A stretch of 64,000 nt of DNA from Alphaproteobacteria bacterium (GCA_965214705.1 OZ243972.1:2752001-2816000), one strand, 5' to 3'. Positions 19,773-30,010 are shown, counted from the first letter of the stretch. Program-made: numbers and translations. Notes: generated by a model not told the origin, from the letters alone.

Positions 19773-20531
19773 TTACTCGGCTGCGGCCCTTCCGGCCGGA
19801 GCCTCGGTGCTGAATGGATGCAGCATCCCGGTGAAGGATTTCTGCTCCGGGAACCTGTAGGTCTTGTACTTGCTGGTCTTGCGCCCGATCTCGACGATGC
19901 TCTCGGCCATCTTGGTGGCGCACACCACGCCGTCGAGCACCGGAATGCCGAGCTCGGCTTCCAGCCCGTCGGCGAACTCCGCGAAGCCAGCGCAGCCCAG
20001 ACAAATCGCCTCGGCGTCGTCCTCGTCGCGGGCGCGGTAGCATTCCTGCCGCAGCTTCTCGAGCGAGCCCTCGTAGTCCCGTTCCACGTCGAGCACGTAG
20101 ACCGGCGAGGTGCGTACGCTCACCCTGTGGCTCAAACCGTAGCCCGCCACCATGTCCTCAACCGGCACCCGGAAGCGCGGGATGATGGTGACGATCGCCA
20201 CGCGCGCCGCGAGCTGGCACGCCAGGTAGAGCGAGGCTTCGGCGATCCCGATCACCGGCTTGTCGGTCATCTCGCGCGCGGCGTGCAGGCCGGGGTCGCC
20301 GTAGCAGGCGATGATGTAGGCATCGAAGCCCTGCTGGTCGCCCTTGCGGATCTCGTTGAGGATGCCCGGCACGCACAGGTATTCGTCGTAGAAGGATTCG
20401 ATCGAGGCCGGCGCGTAGTCTGGCGTCACTGCCACGACCTCGGTGCCCTCCCGCGCGACCGAGCGGCCGGCCACGGCATCGGCGTCGGTCATGTCCTGCG
20501 ACGAGTTGGGGTTGATGATCATGATCTTCAT
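19773..20531 (-). CDS. Hydantoin/allantoin racemase (Asp/Glu racemase family)
   Basis: INPNSS, IACYGDPG and CLGCAG two-cysteine motifs. Confidence 0.9.
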   Translation of the reverse strand: MKIMIINPNSSQDMTDADAVAGRSVAREGTEVVAVTPDYAPASIESFYDEYLCVPGILNEIRKGDQQGFDAYIIACYGDPGLHAAREMTDKPVIGIAEASLYLACQLAARVAIVTIIPRFRVPVEDMVAGYGLSHRVSVRTSPVYVLDVERDYEGSLEKLRQECYRARDEDDAEAICLGCAGFAEFADGLEAELGIPVLDGVVCATKMAESIVEIGRKTSKYKTYRFPEQKSFTGMLHPFSTEAPAGRAAAE

Positions 20532-20656
20532 GAAGGGTGCCTCCCCATCGAAGCCGGGGCCCTCAGCGGCCCACGCGGCCTAATCCTTGCCGGAAGCGTA
20601 CATCCGCGCCCGCGCCCGAGTCCACAATTGGTCCAACCTCGCCTCCCGGCTCTCGC

Positions 20657-21793
20657 TCAGTAGCCGCACCAGCTACGGGCGAGGATCTCGTAGACCTCCG
20701 CCGCCTGCTCGACATGCGCCACGGGGCAGTACTCGTCGGTCTGGTGCGCCATGTGCATCTCGCCCGGCCCCAGGATCACGGTCGGCGGGCGGCCGTAGGC
20801 CGGCGTCAGCGCCGAGGCGTCGGTGAAGTAGGGCGCGCCGCGCGGCTCGATCGGCTCGCCGAGGACCCGCTCCATCACCGCGTAGATTTCCTGCATCCAC
20901 GGATGGGTGTGCGGAGTATGCACGCCACCGCAGTCGACGACGCGGGCGATCTTGTTCTCGTCGCCCAGATACCCCTCCAGGCCCGAGAAAATCTCCGCGT
21001 GGTTCTGGTCGGGCAGCGTCCTGATATCGATTGTGAACTCGGCGTGGTCCGGCACCGAGTTGAGGTTGAGCCCGCCCTGCATGGTGCCGACATTGAGGGT
21101 CGACCGGCCCAGCAGCTCGTGGGGCATCACGTTGAAATCGAACTCCTCGAGCTTGGTCACCGAGCGCGCCGCCTTGTAGATCGCGTTGTCGCCGTGCTCC
21201 GGCATCGAGCCGTGGGAGGTGATGCCTTCGGTCTCCACCTTGAGCCAGAGCGCCCCCTTGTGGCCGAGGATCGGATAGTTCGAGGTCGGCTCGGCGATGA
21301 CGATGGCGCCGGCCTCGCCCAGCGCGCCGATCTCCGCCAGGTGGTAGGAGCCTTCGCAGCCGGTTTCCTCGCCGGCGCAGATCGCCATCACCATGTCTGC
21401 CGAGCCGCGCTTCGCCTCGGCCGCGAGCTTCAGCGCGACGTGGACAAAAGACGAGATTCCGGCCTTCATGTCCGTGGTGCCGCGGCCAAAGAGCTTGCCG
21501 TCCACGATGTCGGCACCGAAGGGGTCCACCGACCATTCCTTGGCGCCCAGTGGCACCACGTCGATATGCCCACCGAAGCAGAGCGGCTTCTTGTCGTTGC
21601 CGCCTTCGCCCCGCAGCACCGCGACCAGGCTCGTCCGCTCCGGCGCGAACTCGTGGTAGGAGACCTCGATCCCCGCCGCGCTCAGCAGGTCGCCCAGGTA
21701 GTGCGCGCACTCCACCTCGCGACCCGGCGGGTTGCGGGTATCCATGCGGACGATGTCCCTGGTGATCTCCAGGGCGGACGGAATGGACGACAT
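20657..21793 (-). CDS. M20 family amidohydrolase (ArgE/DapE-like)
   Basis: GHIDVVP, GRGTTDMK, GEETG, EPT and AHQTDE motifs. Confidence 0.9.
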   Translation of the reverse strand: MSSIPSALEITRDIVRMDTRNPPGREVECAHYLGDLLSAAGIEVSYHEFAPERTSLVAVLRGEGGNDKKPLCFGGHIDVVPLGAKEWSVDPFGADIVDGKLFGRGTTDMKAGISSFVHVALKLAAEAKRGSADMVMAICAGEETGCEGSYHLAEIGALGEAGAIVIAEPTSNYPILGHKGALWLKVETEGITSHGSMPEHGDNAIYKAARSVTKLEEFDFNVMPHELLGRSTLNVGTMQGGLNLNSVPDHAEFTIDIRTLPDQNHAEIFSGLEGYLGDENKIARVVDCGGVHTPHTHPWMQEIYAVMERVLGEPIEPRGAPYFTDASALTPAYGRPPTVILGPGEMHMAHQTDEYCPVAHVEQAAEVYEILARSWCGY

Positions 21794-21999
21794 GGACTGG
21801 GCTCCTTCTCCCCGGCGGCGGCGGTATGTCGCCAGTATGGCCACGTGGAAGCAGGGGGTCCAGATCGGCCGGGGCGCTAAAGGCGGTGCCTAAGCCGACT
21901 GCCTGGCGCCCATGAACTGACAGGGCCTGTTTGTGCTAGTTTCCGTGCGTTTCGATGAAAGCCCACACGAACGCGGGCCGAGCAAGCGGGAAGCGGACC

Positions 22000-22995
22000 A
22001 TGGCGCGAATCGTACGATTCCACGAGACCGGCGGGCCCGACGTGCTGCGCCTCGACGAGGTGCCGGAGGTCGATCCCGGCCACGGCGAGGTCCGCATCAG
22101 GGTCGAGGCGATCGGCCTCAACCGGGCGGAAGTCATGCTACGCGAGGGCATTTACCATGAGCAGCCCGTCTTCCCCTCCCGCATCGGCTACGAGGCCGCT
22201 GGCGTGGTCGAGGCCGTGGGTGAGGGGGTGACGAGCGTCAAGGAGGGCGACCGTATCGCCACGGTTCCCTCCTTTGCGCTCTCCCAGACCCGGCAGGGCG
22301 TCTATGGCGAGAGCGCCACCGTGCCGGCGGAGATCGCCGAGCCTTACCCCGCAGCGCTTACGCCGGCCCAGGGCGCGTCTCTTTGGATGGCCTACCTCAC
22401 GGCTTACGGCGCGCTGATCCACTACGGCAATCTCGGCCCAGGCGACGCCGCGATCATTACCGCGGCGAGCAGCAGCGTCGGCCTCGCCGCGATCCAGATC
22501 GCCAGGGAACGCGGCGCCACCGTGATCGCGACCACTCGGACCTCCGCCAAGAAGGATGCGCTCCTCGGCCTCGGCGCCGATCACGTCGTGGCGACCGAGG
22601 AGGAGGACCTGCCGGCGCGGACCATGGAGATTACCGGCGATGCCGGTGCCCGCGTGATCTTCGATCCGATTGCTGGGCCACTACTGACCACGCTCTGTGG
22701 TGCCTGCGCACCCTACGGCACGATCTACGAATACGGCGCGCTCTATCCCGGCGAGACCGTCTATCCGCTCATGCCGATGCTGGCGAAGTCGCTCACCATC
22801 ACGGGCTACCAGGTGCTCGACTTCGTGCGCGACGAGGCGCGCTTCGCGGCGGGGCGGGACTACCTCTTCGCCGGCCTCGAAAGCGGCGCGCTGACACCCG
22901 TGATCGACCGCGAATTCCCGCTGGAGCAGATCGCGGACGCGCATCGCTACATGGAATCCAACGCCCAGTGCGGCAAGATCGTCGTCACGGTGTGA
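22000..22995 (+). CDS. MDR family NADPH:quinone oxidoreductase-like protein
   Basis: GGPDVL, GYEAAG, AASSSVGLAAIQ and GKIVV motifs. Confidence 0.88.
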   Translation: MARIVRFHETGGPDVLRLDEVPEVDPGHGEVRIRVEAIGLNRAEVMLREGIYHEQPVFPSRIGYEAAGVVEAVGEGVTSVKEGDRIATVPSFALSQTRQGVYGESATVPAEIAEPYPAALTPAQGASLWMAYLTAYGALIHYGNLGPGDAAIITAASSSVGLAAIQIARERGATVIATTRTSAKKDALLGLGADHVVATEEEDLPARTMEITGDAGARVIFDPIAGPLLTTLCGACAPYGTIYEYGALYPGETVYPLMPMLAKSLTITGYQVLDFVRDEARFAAGRDYLFAGLESGALTPVIDREFPLEQIADAHRYMESNAQCGKIVVTV

Positions 22996-23088
22996 CCGCA
23001 AGCGCATCCCGCGTTGACCGCGCTTCCGTGGCGGTGAGAGACTGTGCGCGCCTGGGGGCGGCGCGAAGCCCCCGCGGAGGACAAGACG

Positions 23089-24849
23089 ATGGCAAGCGCT
23101 ACGAACGGACGCAATGGCGGTGGTTTCGAGACCGACGTGGTGACCCGCGAGATCGTGCGCGGCAAGCTGCTGGCGGTGGCGGACGAGATGGGCGTGGTGC
23201 TCGCGCGCAGCAGCATGAGCCCGGTCATCTACGAGGTGCTCGACTTCGCCTGCGGCTTCTGCGACGCCGACGGCGAGCTCGTGTCCCAGACCAACGGGAT
23301 CACGGTCTTCACCGGGACCTTCTCGATCCAGGTCAACATCATCAAGGAGAAGTTCGGCGACCGCATTCGGCCGGGCGACATCTACATGCTCAACGACCCC
23401 TATCACGGGGGCACCCACTACAACGACGTGGGCGTGGTCAAGCCGGTGTTCGTGGACGGCGAGCTGTTCGCCTTCGCCATCTCGATCTCGCACTGGACCG
23501 ATATCGGCGGCAAGGCGCCCGGCTCTCTGCCGGCGGATGCGACCGAGGTGTTCCAGGAGGGCATCTGCTTCCCCGGCATCCACATTTACAAGGAGGGCGA
23601 GCGCCAGGACGCCATCGTCGAGATGGTGGCGGCCAACGTGCGGCTGCCGAAGATGGCGCTCGGCGACCTCAACGCCGCGCTGGCCTCGGTCCGCATCGCC
23701 GAGAATCGCTGTCTCGAGCTTTGCGGGAAGTACGGCAAGCAGGCGGTCTCCGAGACCTTCCGCCACATCCTGGAGACCAGCGAGCGGGTGAGCCGCGAGG
23801 CCGTCGCCGCGCTGCCGGACGGCACCTACGAGGCCGAGGACTGGATCGACGGCGACGGCATCACCGAGGAGCGCTTCCGCACCAAGGTCGCTGTCACCAT
23901 CGACGGCGACGACATCACCGTCGACTACACGGGCTCCTGCGAGCAGCTCCAGGGGCCGGTCAACTGCTCGCGCTCGGCGCTGGTTTCGGCGGTGAAGACC
24001 GTCTTCAAGGCGATCGTCGATCCCCAGTCACCCTCCAACGAGGGCTGGTTCCGGCCGCTCAAGGTGGAGGCGCCGGACGGCACGGTGTTCACGGCGACCA
24101 AGCCCGCGCCAGTCGGCTGGTACTACGAGGGCACCGGCCAGGCCTCTGAGCTTGCGTGGAAGGCGCTCGCCCCCATCGCGCCCAAGCGGGTCAGCATGGG
24201 CAGCGCCAACAGCCTCTGCGTGACGGTGCTGGGCGGCCACGACCGGGCCAAGGGCGAGCCCTGGGTGATGATCGAGCCGAGCATGGTCGGCTGGGGCGCC
24301 ACCGACGAGCGCGACGGCAACTGCGTGACCAGCGCCATCACCAACGGGGACACCTTCAACTATTCCATTGAGCTTTTGGAGGCGAAGTTCCCGGTGCGGG
24401 TCAACCAGTACGCGCTCAACACGCCGGGCGGCGTTGGCGCCGGCCGCCACCGGGGCGGCTACGGCTCGATCCGCGAGTACGAGATTCTGACCGACGACGC
24501 GGTGCTGTCTGCGAGCTACGGCCGTTCGATCGAGAAGCCGTGGGCGCAGGAGGGCGGCGACGAGGGCTCGTGCAACTACTTCGAGCTCCACGTCGGCAAC
24601 GACGCGCGCCGCGCCGCACGGGCGCCCACCACCATCATGAAACGGGGCGACATCATCCGCATGTTCACCGGCGGGGGCGGCGGCTACGGCGATCCCTTCG
24701 AGCGGCCCGCCGAGGAGGTGCTTGCGGAGGTCCGCGCGGATTACATCTCCGCCGAGCGCGCCCGTGAGGACTACGGCGTCGTTCTCGCGGCGGGTGGCCG
24801 CGCGGTGGACGAGGAAGCGACCGCCAAGCTGCGCGCCGCAGCGGCCTGA
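23089..24849 (+). CDS. Hydantoinase B/oxoprolinase family subunit
   Basis: NDPYHGGTHYND, HWTDIGG, FQEG and GGGGGYGDP motifs. Confidence 0.92.
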   Translation: MASATNGRNGGGFETDVVTREIVRGKLLAVADEMGVVLARSSMSPVIYEVLDFACGFCDADGELVSQTNGITVFTGTFSIQVNIIKEKFGDRIRPGDIYMLNDPYHGGTHYNDVGVVKPVFVDGELFAFAISISHWTDIGGKAPGSLPADATEVFQEGICFPGIHIYKEGERQDAIVEMVAANVRLPKMALGDLNAALASVRIAENRCLELCGKYGKQAVSETFRHILETSERVSREAVAALPDGTYEAEDWIDGDGITEERFRTKVAVTIDGDDITVDYTGSCEQLQGPVNCSRSALVSAVKTVFKAIVDPQSPSNEGWFRPLKVEAPDGTVFTATKPAPVGWYYEGTGQASELAWKALAPIAPKRVSMGSANSLCVTVLGGHDRAKGEPWVMIEPSMVGWGATDERDGNCVTSAITNGDTFNYSIELLEAKFPVRVNQYALNTPGGVGAGRHRGGYGSIREYEILTDDAVLSASYGRSIEKPWAQEGGDEGSCNYFELHVGNDARRAARAPTTIMKRGDIIRMFTGGGGGYGDPFERPAEEVLAEVRADYISAERAREDYGVVLAAGGRAVDEEATAKLRAAAA

Positions 24850-24863
24850 CGCGCGGGTCGATC

Positions 24864-26909
24864 ATGGGCCGGCTCGCGTCCGACATCGGTGGCACCTTCA
24901 CCGATCTGGTCTACTTCGACGATGCGCAAGGCTCGCTGCGCACCGCGAAATCCCTCACCACGCCGGGCGACCTGACGCAGGGCGTGATCGACACCGTCGA
25001 GCTCTCGGGCCTCGCGCCCGGCGAGGTGGACTTCTTCGTCCACGGCGGGACCACGGTCATCAACGCCATCACCGAGCGCAAGGGTGCCCGGACCGCACTG
25101 GTCACCACCGCCGGCTTCCGCGACGTGCTGGAGATTCAGCGCGGCAACCGGCCGGACCTCTACAACCTGCGCTTCGAGAAGGAGCGGCCTTTCGTGCCGC
25201 GGCTGCTCCGCTTCGAGGTGCGCGAGCGGGTCGATGCGGCGGGCACCGTGCTCCGGCCGCTGGAGAAGTCCGACCTCGACCTCGTCGTCGCGCGCTGCCG
25301 GGAGGAGGAGGTCGAGGCAATCGCGATCCAGTTCCTCCACAGCTACGTGGCACCCCGGCACGAGGCCGAGGTAGCGGCCTACTTGCGGGAGCGCCTGCCG
25401 GACGTGAGCATCACCGCCTCCCACGAGATCACCCGCGAGTGGCGCGAGTACGAGCGCGCCAACACGGCGGTCCTCAACGCCTACGTCCAGCCCATCGTGC
25501 AGACCTACTTCGGGCGGCTGGAGGAGGCGCTGGGCGGTGCCGACATCCGCTGCGCCTACGCCGCCATGCAATCCAACGGCGGCACCACCAGCTTCTCCTG
25601 GGCCAAGGAGCACCCGATCACGCTCATGGAATCGGGGCCGGCCGCAGGCTGCAACGGCGCCGCCATCGTCGGCGACCTCTGCGAAGAACCCAGGGTGATC
25701 TACCTCGATATCGGCGGCACCACCGCCAAGTGCACCACCATCGAGGACGGCACGCCCAAGGTGACCACCGAGTACCGGCTGGAATACAGCCGCACCCAGT
25801 TCGGCTATCCGCTGCGCGTGCCCGTGGTGGACATCGTCGAGATCGGGGCCGGCGGCGGCTCCATCGCCTGGTTCGACAAGGCGGGGCTGCTCAAGGTGGG
25901 GCCGGTCTCGGCCGGCGCCGATCCGGGGCCCGCCTGCTACGGCCGGGGCGGCACCGAGCCCACCGTGACCGACGCCAAGCTCATTACCGGGGTCATCAAC
26001 GCCACCAACTTCGCCGGCGGGCAGTTCGACCTCGACGAGGGCAAGGCCCGCGCCGCCATGGAGAAGATCGCGAGCGGCCTCGGCACGGACGTGGTGGAGG
26101 CGGCGGTCGCGGTCATCCGCACGGTCGAAGCCAACATGATCAACGCGCTGAAGCTGGTCTCGATCCAGCGAGGCCACGATCCGCGCGACTTCGCGCTGGT
26201 GGTGGGCGGCGGCGGTGGGCCCATGCACGGCGCGCCGCTCGGCCGTGAGCTCGGCGTGAAGGAGGTCATCGTGCCGCTCTACCCCGGCCTCTTCTCCGCC
26301 TGGGGGATGCTCGCCACCGAGCCCCGGCGCGATTTCATGCAGACCGTGCTGCGCCGCGCCGAGGAAGTGGAGGCGGGCGACGTGCGCTCGGTCTTCGCCG
26401 GTCTCAGGGAGGAGGCGGAGCGCTACTACCAGACTGACGCCCACATGGGGGAAGCGGAGATTGCCTACGAAGGCCGAATCGACCTCCGCTATCTCGGGCA
26501 GGAGCACCCGGTAACCGTGCTCGTGGACATCGAGACCGCCGAGGTCGAGGCGATTCTCGCAGCCTTCCACGATGCGCACGAGAAGACCTACACCTTCCGC
26601 CTCGACGACACGCCGGTCGAGTTCGTGACCTACCGGCTCACCGCGTCCGCCAAGGTGCCGCGGCCGGAGATGACGAAGCTGGCTTCGGACGGCCGCTCGA
26701 TCGAGGCCGCGACGCGGCCCGCGCGCGTGGCCGACTTCGCGGAGGACGGCCGCCACGAGGCTGCGGTCTACGAGCGGGACCGCCTGCCTCCCGGCGCGGA
26801 GCTGACCGGGCCGCTGATCGTGGAGGAGGCCACCGCCACCACGCTCGTTCACCCCGGCCAGACGCTCCGGGTCGACGACTACGGCTTCCTCCGCATCACC
26901 GACGCCTAG
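24864..26909 (+). CDS. Hydantoinase A/oxoprolinase family subunit
   Basis: DIGGTFTD, REYER, ESGPAAG and SAGADPGP motifs. Confidence 0.92.
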   Translation: MGRLASDIGGTFTDLVYFDDAQGSLRTAKSLTTPGDLTQGVIDTVELSGLAPGEVDFFVHGGTTVINAITERKGARTALVTTAGFRDVLEIQRGNRPDLYNLRFEKERPFVPRLLRFEVRERVDAAGTVLRPLEKSDLDLVVARCREEEVEAIAIQFLHSYVAPRHEAEVAAYLRERLPDVSITASHEITREWREYERANTAVLNAYVQPIVQTYFGRLEEALGGADIRCAYAAMQSNGGTTSFSWAKEHPITLMESGPAAGCNGAAIVGDLCEEPRVIYLDIGGTTAKCTTIEDGTPKVTTEYRLEYSRTQFGYPLRVPVVDIVEIGAGGGSIAWFDKAGLLKVGPVSAGADPGPACYGRGGTEPTVTDAKLITGVINATNFAGGQFDLDEGKARAAMEKIASGLGTDVVEAAVAVIRTVEANMINALKLVSIQRGHDPRDFALVVGGGGGPMHGAPLGRELGVKEVIVPLYPGLFSAWGMLATEPRRDFMQTVLRRAEEVEAGDVRSVFAGLREEAERYYQTDAHMGEAEIAYEGRIDLRYLGQEHPVTVLVDIETAEVEAILAAFHDAHEKTYTFRLDDTPVEFVTYRLTASAKVPRPEMTKLASDGRSIEAATRPARVADFAEDGRHEAAVYERDRLPPGAELTGPLIVEEATATTLVHPGQTLRVDDYGFLRITDA

Positions 26910-26934
26910 CGTCCCGCTCTTGAGTAACTTCTCT

Positions 26935-28359
26935 CTAAGCCGTTGACATAGAGGCATTTGTGTTTTTGTTGTCGTCGTCGATCTCGACCAGTTGGAAGCC
27001 GAGCTTCTTGGCCTGTCGACGGAGCGAAGAGAACTTTCGGTCCAGGCGTCGGCTCTCGTAGACCTCCATCCCCTTCTCGGCATATTGCTGGCCGCGGGTC
27101 ACCATCAGGTAGATCAGGCAGGCGAGTTCTCGGGCGGTGGCGACAACGGCTACGCTGGTGTCCATCCGGGCGAGGCGGCTGCGGTGCTTGGCGCCGATGA
27201 AGGTTTGGCTGGTGCGAGCGGTCATGGCCGCCATGCGCAGTGCCTGGCCAACGCGGTTGACCACCTTGGGCCCCCGGCCCGGCAACGGTTTGCCGCCGCT
27301 GATCCTGGTCCCAGGCGCCAGCCCCAGCCAGGAACTGAAGTGCTGTGCGGAGGGAAAGGCGGAGAAGTCAGGACCGATCTCGGCGGCGATCACCAGGGCA
27401 GTGTTGACGCCGACGGTGGGGATTGCGGTGAGATCGACCCCCATCATCTTATGCAGCGCCATAGCCATGGCCTTATCCTGCCCGCGGAGCGCCCTGCCGC
27501 TGCTGCTTGGGGTCTCGTTCGACGCCGTGCCCGATGATCCGACACTGGGAGTGTCCTCGGGCGTACCCTCATCCGTCGGATCGTCCGGCGGGGTCAGGTG
27601 CTCAACCTCCGCCATGATCCGCGCCTCGCAGTCCGCGATCTGCTGCTCCAGAAAGTCGTAGCGCTGCATCGCCTGCTCAAGCGCGAACAGGTGCTCCTCG
27701 CGCCAAGTGCCCTCCAGGCTCGCGGCAATCGTGTCGGCGCTGGCCTTGATCCGCCTGTCGCGAAGCGACGCCAGCCGCCCGGGGTCGCGCTCGCCGGCGA
27801 TGATCGCCCGCAGGATGCGCTCACCCGTCTTCCCCATGATATCGCTGATCACCGAGTCCAGACGCACGTTCATCTGGGTCAGCGCCTTCTGCATATGCAG
27901 CACGCAGCGAGAGCGGTCCTCGATCAACTGCTTCGCCTGGCGCATGAAGGAGCGCAACGGGCAGATCGCGTCGCCCGGCCGGAAGGCGCCGCGCAGAAGG
28001 CCGTAGGACATCAGCTGCCAGATCCACTGGCAGTCCAGCACATCGCTCTTGCGCCCGCCGATCTGCTTCGTCATCCGGGGCGGCACAAGCATCACCTCGA
28101 AGCCGGCTCGATCCAGGACCTCGTAAACCGGGATCCAGTAGACCGAGGTCGACTCCATCGCCACCTTCGTCACACCGCACGACTTCAGCCACTCGGCCAT
28201 CGCATCCAGGTCGCGCGTGAACGCGCCGAACTCCCTCACCGGTTCCTCGGCTCGCTCCGGATCCACCGCCACGAAGTGCCGGTCCTTGCCGATGTCGATC
28301 CCGGCGCAATTCGGGTGCACTACCTTGAGGCGCTGCCTCCTTCTCCGCTTGCGCGCCAT
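26935..28359 (-). CDS. IS110 family recombinase/transposase
   Basis: RuvC-like DEDD residues (GIDIG, MESTS, KSDVLDC); Tnp-domain WLGLAPGTRISGG serine loop; AVVATARELA. Confidence 0.95.
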   Translation of the reverse strand: MARKRRRRQRLKVVHPNCAGIDIGKDRHFVAVDPERAEEPVREFGAFTRDLDAMAEWLKSCGVTKVAMESTSVYWIPVYEVLDRAGFEVMLVPPRMTKQIGGRKSDVLDCQWIWQLMSYGLLRGAFRPGDAICPLRSFMRQAKQLIEDRSRCVLHMQKALTQMNVRLDSVISDIMGKTGERILRAIIAGERDPGRLASLRDRRIKASADTIAASLEGTWREEHLFALEQAMQRYDFLEQQIADCEARIMAEVEHLTPPDDPTDEGTPEDTPSVGSSGTASNETPSSSGRALRGQDKAMAMALHKMMGVDLTAIPTVGVNTALVIAAEIGPDFSAFPSAQHFSSWLGLAPGTRISGGKPLPGRGPKVVNRVGQALRMAAMTARTSQTFIGAKHRSRLARMDTSVAVVATARELACLIYLMVTRGQQYAEKGMEVYESRRLDRKFSSLRRQAKKLGFQLVEIDDDNKNTNASMSTA

Positions 28360-28374
28360 CGAGAGCCCTCCCAA

Positions 28375-28650
28375 ACTCCGTTGACGTTGCGGGTGGGGAG
28401 GAACCGCGGCGAAGTCTCAATCTCTTGAACGAGGTCACGGGCGAACCCGCGCCATCAGTGACAGAAGCCGATCACGGTTCGGGCCAAGCTTCCAAACGGG
28501 TGCCCTCGCACGCCACTGAAGGGACGGCCTCGTCTGCCCTACCCGCTACCACTTCACGCTTCAACCGTCGAAGACTCAACCCCAGTCGAAGACTCTACCC
28601 CCAGTTACTTCAGCGACTGAGCCGCTGCGCCGCAGTGGTGGTGGCTTCTA
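28375..28650 (-). ncRNA. Candidate IS110 bridge RNA
   Basis: Non-coding leader with several hairpins (28436-28451, 28500-28511) and a CTCTTGA heptamer (28422-28428) identical to the element end at 26917-26923. Confidence 0.55.
28567..28603. repeat. Tandem 18-19 bp repeat GTCGAAGACTC(A/T)ACCCC(C)A inside the IS110 leader
   Basis: Two adjacent copies, each containing a GTC-GAA-GAC mini-hairpin. Confidence 0.8.
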
Positions 28651-28651
28651 A

Positions 28652-29853
28652 GGAAGGTCTGATCAAGTCGGGTGTGCCATGATTTTCGTAGGAGTCGCAG
28701 ATTGGATGATCGGGTCATGGCACAGGCGAGCTTTTCGGAACTGGAGCACGACTTGAAGAAGCGCCGGACGCGGCGCGAGCTGTTCCTGGAGAAGATGGAC
28801 AAGCTGGTTCCCTGGGAGCGGCTGGAACGGCGGATCGAGCCGTTCTATCCGAAGGCGGGGCGCGGTCGGCGCCCGTACCCGCTTGCGGTGATGCTGCGCG
28901 TTCACTGCGTGCAGCTGTTCTACAACCTGAGCGATCCGGGGATGGAGGACCTGCTCTACGAGGTGGAGTCGGTGCGGCGTTTCGTGGGGCTGCGGCTGGC
29001 GGAGGCGTTGCCTGACGAGACCACCATCCTGAACTTCCGGCATCTTCTGGAGAAGCACGGCCTGGGCGAGGGTCTGTTCGAGGAGATCAATGCGCACCTG
29101 GCGTCGCGCGGCCATTGGCTGCGCACGGGGACGATCGTTGACGCGAGCATCATCGAGGCGCCGTCGTCGACGAAGAACCGGCGCCGCGCACGGGACCCTG
29201 AGATGCGTCAGACGAGGAAGGGCAAGCAGTGGTATTTCGGGATGAAGGCGCACATCGGGGTGGACGCCGGGTCGGGTCTGGCACACAGCGTGGTGACGAC
29301 GGCGGCCAACGCAAGCGACGTGACGCAGGCGGGAGCGCTGCTGCATGGCGCTGAGACGACGGCGTGGGGCGACGCGGGCTACCAGGGGGTGGAGAAGCGT
29401 CCCGAGCACCGGGATGGCGGTGTCGAGTGGCGTGTGGCGATGAAGCCGGGGCGGCGCCGGCTGCTGGCCGGGGGTGGCGCCGAAGCGGCGGCCGAGACGC
29501 GCAAGGCGTCGGTGCGGGCGAAGGTGGAGCATCCGTTCCTGTACGTGAAGCGGCACTTCGGCTACGCCAAGGTGCGCTACCGGGGCGTGGCGAAGAACAG
29601 GCAGCGCATCGCGTTGCTGCTGGGGTTCTCGAACCTGCTGATCGCCGGCCGCTACGCGACGCAATGACAGGGGAGCAGTCCGCCCGCCGCCGGCGGGACG
29701 ACGGGGAATGCGGCGGATCGACGCGGATATCGCCCGTTCGCTCCGTATCCCGCGACAAAAGCAGCCCCCGGCCTGCCGGCAATATCGTCGAGCTTCAAAT
29801 CCAAGCCCCCTCTCCCCCTCGAAGCCGCCAAGATGGGGTTGTTCAGACTTTCC
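28652..29853 (+). mobile_element. IS5 family (IS5 subgroup) insertion sequence
   Basis: TIRs GGAAGGTCTGATCAA (from 28652) and GGAAAGTCTGAACAA (reverse strand, ending 29853); CTAA target duplication at 28648-28651 and 29854-29857. Confidence 0.95.
28717..29667 (+). CDS. IS5 family transposase
   Basis: PDETTILNFRHLLE, IVDASII, WYFGMKAHIGVD, GDAGYQG and RAKVEHPF motifs. Confidence 0.95.
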   Translation: MAQASFSELEHDLKKRRTRRELFLEKMDKLVPWERLERRIEPFYPKAGRGRRPYPLAVMLRVHCVQLFYNLSDPGMEDLLYEVESVRRFVGLRLAEALPDETTILNFRHLLEKHGLGEGLFEEINAHLASRGHWLRTGTIVDASIIEAPSSTKNRRRARDPEMRQTRKGKQWYFGMKAHIGVDAGSGLAHSVVTTAANASDVTQAGALLHGAETTAWGDAGYQGVEKRPEHRDGGVEWRVAMKPGRRRLLAGGGAEAAAETRKASVRAKVEHPFLYVKRHFGYAKVRYRGVAKNRQRIALLLGFSNLLIAGRYATQ

Positions 29854-29911
29854 CTAAGGGTTACGTGACGTTAGGTAGACCGTGGGGTTTCCCCGCCACC
29901 GCCGCTATTCT

Positions 29912-30010
29912 CGTCATGCCCGGACTTGATCCGGGCATCCAACTATCTCAAGGGTTTCGTCGGAGTGTTGTGTGAACACGTGGATGGCCGGGACAAGCCC
30001 GGCCATGACG
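29912..30010. repeat. Alphaproteobacterial palindromic REP/RPE-like element
   Basis: CGTCATGCCCGGACTTGATCCGGGCATCCA ... TGGATGGCCGGGACAAGCCCGGCCATGACG; inverted arms, each with an internal hairpin. Confidence 0.85.

Larger units (their letters stand above)
26917..29880 (-). mobile_element. IS110 family element; the far boundary is inferred and the span includes the nested IS5
   Basis: The end just after the transposase stop reads AGTTACTCAAGAG on the minus strand (26917-26929); long non-coding leader upstream; no TIR/TSD pair, as expected for IS110. Confidence 0.6.

Noticed and set aside
28567-28603. CRISPR- or TIGR-like array in the IS110 leader
   Set aside because: Only two adjacent units with no spacers and no cas genes
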